DNA of 64,000 nucleotides from Camelus ferus (lineage: Eukaryota), in contig NC_045697.1 in the NCBI RefSeq assembly GCF_009834535.1, forward strand, positions 59,026,001-59,090,000. The letters run 5' to 3'. The position numbers and the translations under genes were made by a program. Below, one piece after another: positions 63,261-64,000 of this stretch. Every line of letters starts with the position of its first letter. Position 1 is the first letter of the stretch. The notes below the pieces were generated by a model that was given only the letters and a program-made list of their open reading frames with translations, was not told the origin of the DNA and made no database searches.

Positions 63261-64000
63261 CTAAAGCCAAGTGCTTCTGTCATGAAGCAAAGACAAGTCG
63301 AGGGGCAGGGGGAGACGGGATAAAATAAATAATAGATGTGAAAGTAGGTTAAATAAAAAGCAGCTGCAGAAATCTAGTGAGTTCTCAAACTGTAAAATAA
63401 AACCATGAACAACAATGGTAAAGCCAGTCATAGGAGGTTAGTATATTACTCATGTACACATAGAATCACAGAGGTGACCTTAGATATCACCAAGCCAGCC
63501 TCACAGAGGTACAGGGCGAGCTCTAACGTTTTAGGCCTGAGCTTAAATGTCATCCCTTTAAAGATACTTTCCTTGGTCACAGTCTCAACAATCTCTCCTA
63601 TCATATCATTTATATAAGGTGCTCAGTAAATGTACTCTGAACGGATGAACAGAAAACAGTCAGTCTGCCGATACAAGACAATGAATGAACCTAGTTCAGG
63701 GAAACAAACATTTTCACCTAATAAACACAAAACAAAACATCACTCAGAAATGTCAATGAACACCCAGTTTTTGATACAGCAGTTTAGTTATGTACCAATA
63801 AACTAAGTTTCAGAAGTGACACCTTTTTGGCTTCAAGGCTCAGTCCAAATAGATCTATATTTTAAAAGGAGCTGCCTCTAGGCTGAAATCTTACAATTTC
63901 CATTATCAAATAATGCAATATCTTTTTGAAACCAGTCTAGACAGACACAATCTGCTGGAGTCTGAAATATTTCTCTTTTATGATCACGAACAGACATGGA

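Noticed and set aside
1..64000. CRISPR array, operon, or prokaryotic/viral system
   Set aside because: There is no regularly spaced repeat-spacer array and no long ORFs. The repeat content is clearly eutherian throughout, with no foreign-composition insert.

Overview
AT-rich, CpG-depleted mammalian genomic DNA, probably camelid (Vicugna/Lama/Camelus). The assignment rests on two short tRNA-derived SINEs resembling the camelid Vic-1 type and on cetartiodactyl-type L1 3' ends. I recognise no protein-coding exon, and the ORF track looks like chance ORFs and repeat-derived ORFs. The window is most consistent with a long intron or 5'-UTR intron region of a gene on the minus strand: by eye the + strand is A/C-rich, and most well-formed splice sites I found are on the minus strand. 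I cannot name the host gene. Contents are ancient eutherian repeats (MIR, L2, L3/CR1, L1M, MaLR/ERVL/ERV1 LTRs, hAT and Tc2 DNA transposons), a few younger insertions with intact target-site duplications, microsatellites, and several unique CpG-retaining patches. The best leads are a candidate internal promoter with several minus-strand donors (~12.3-13.6 kb), several candidate minus-strand non-coding, micro or cryptic exons, and an inverted pair of same-family L1 3' ends. I found no evidence of a new multi-gene system. Repeat family names are from memory of consensus sequences, and their boundaries are approximate unless a TSD is given.
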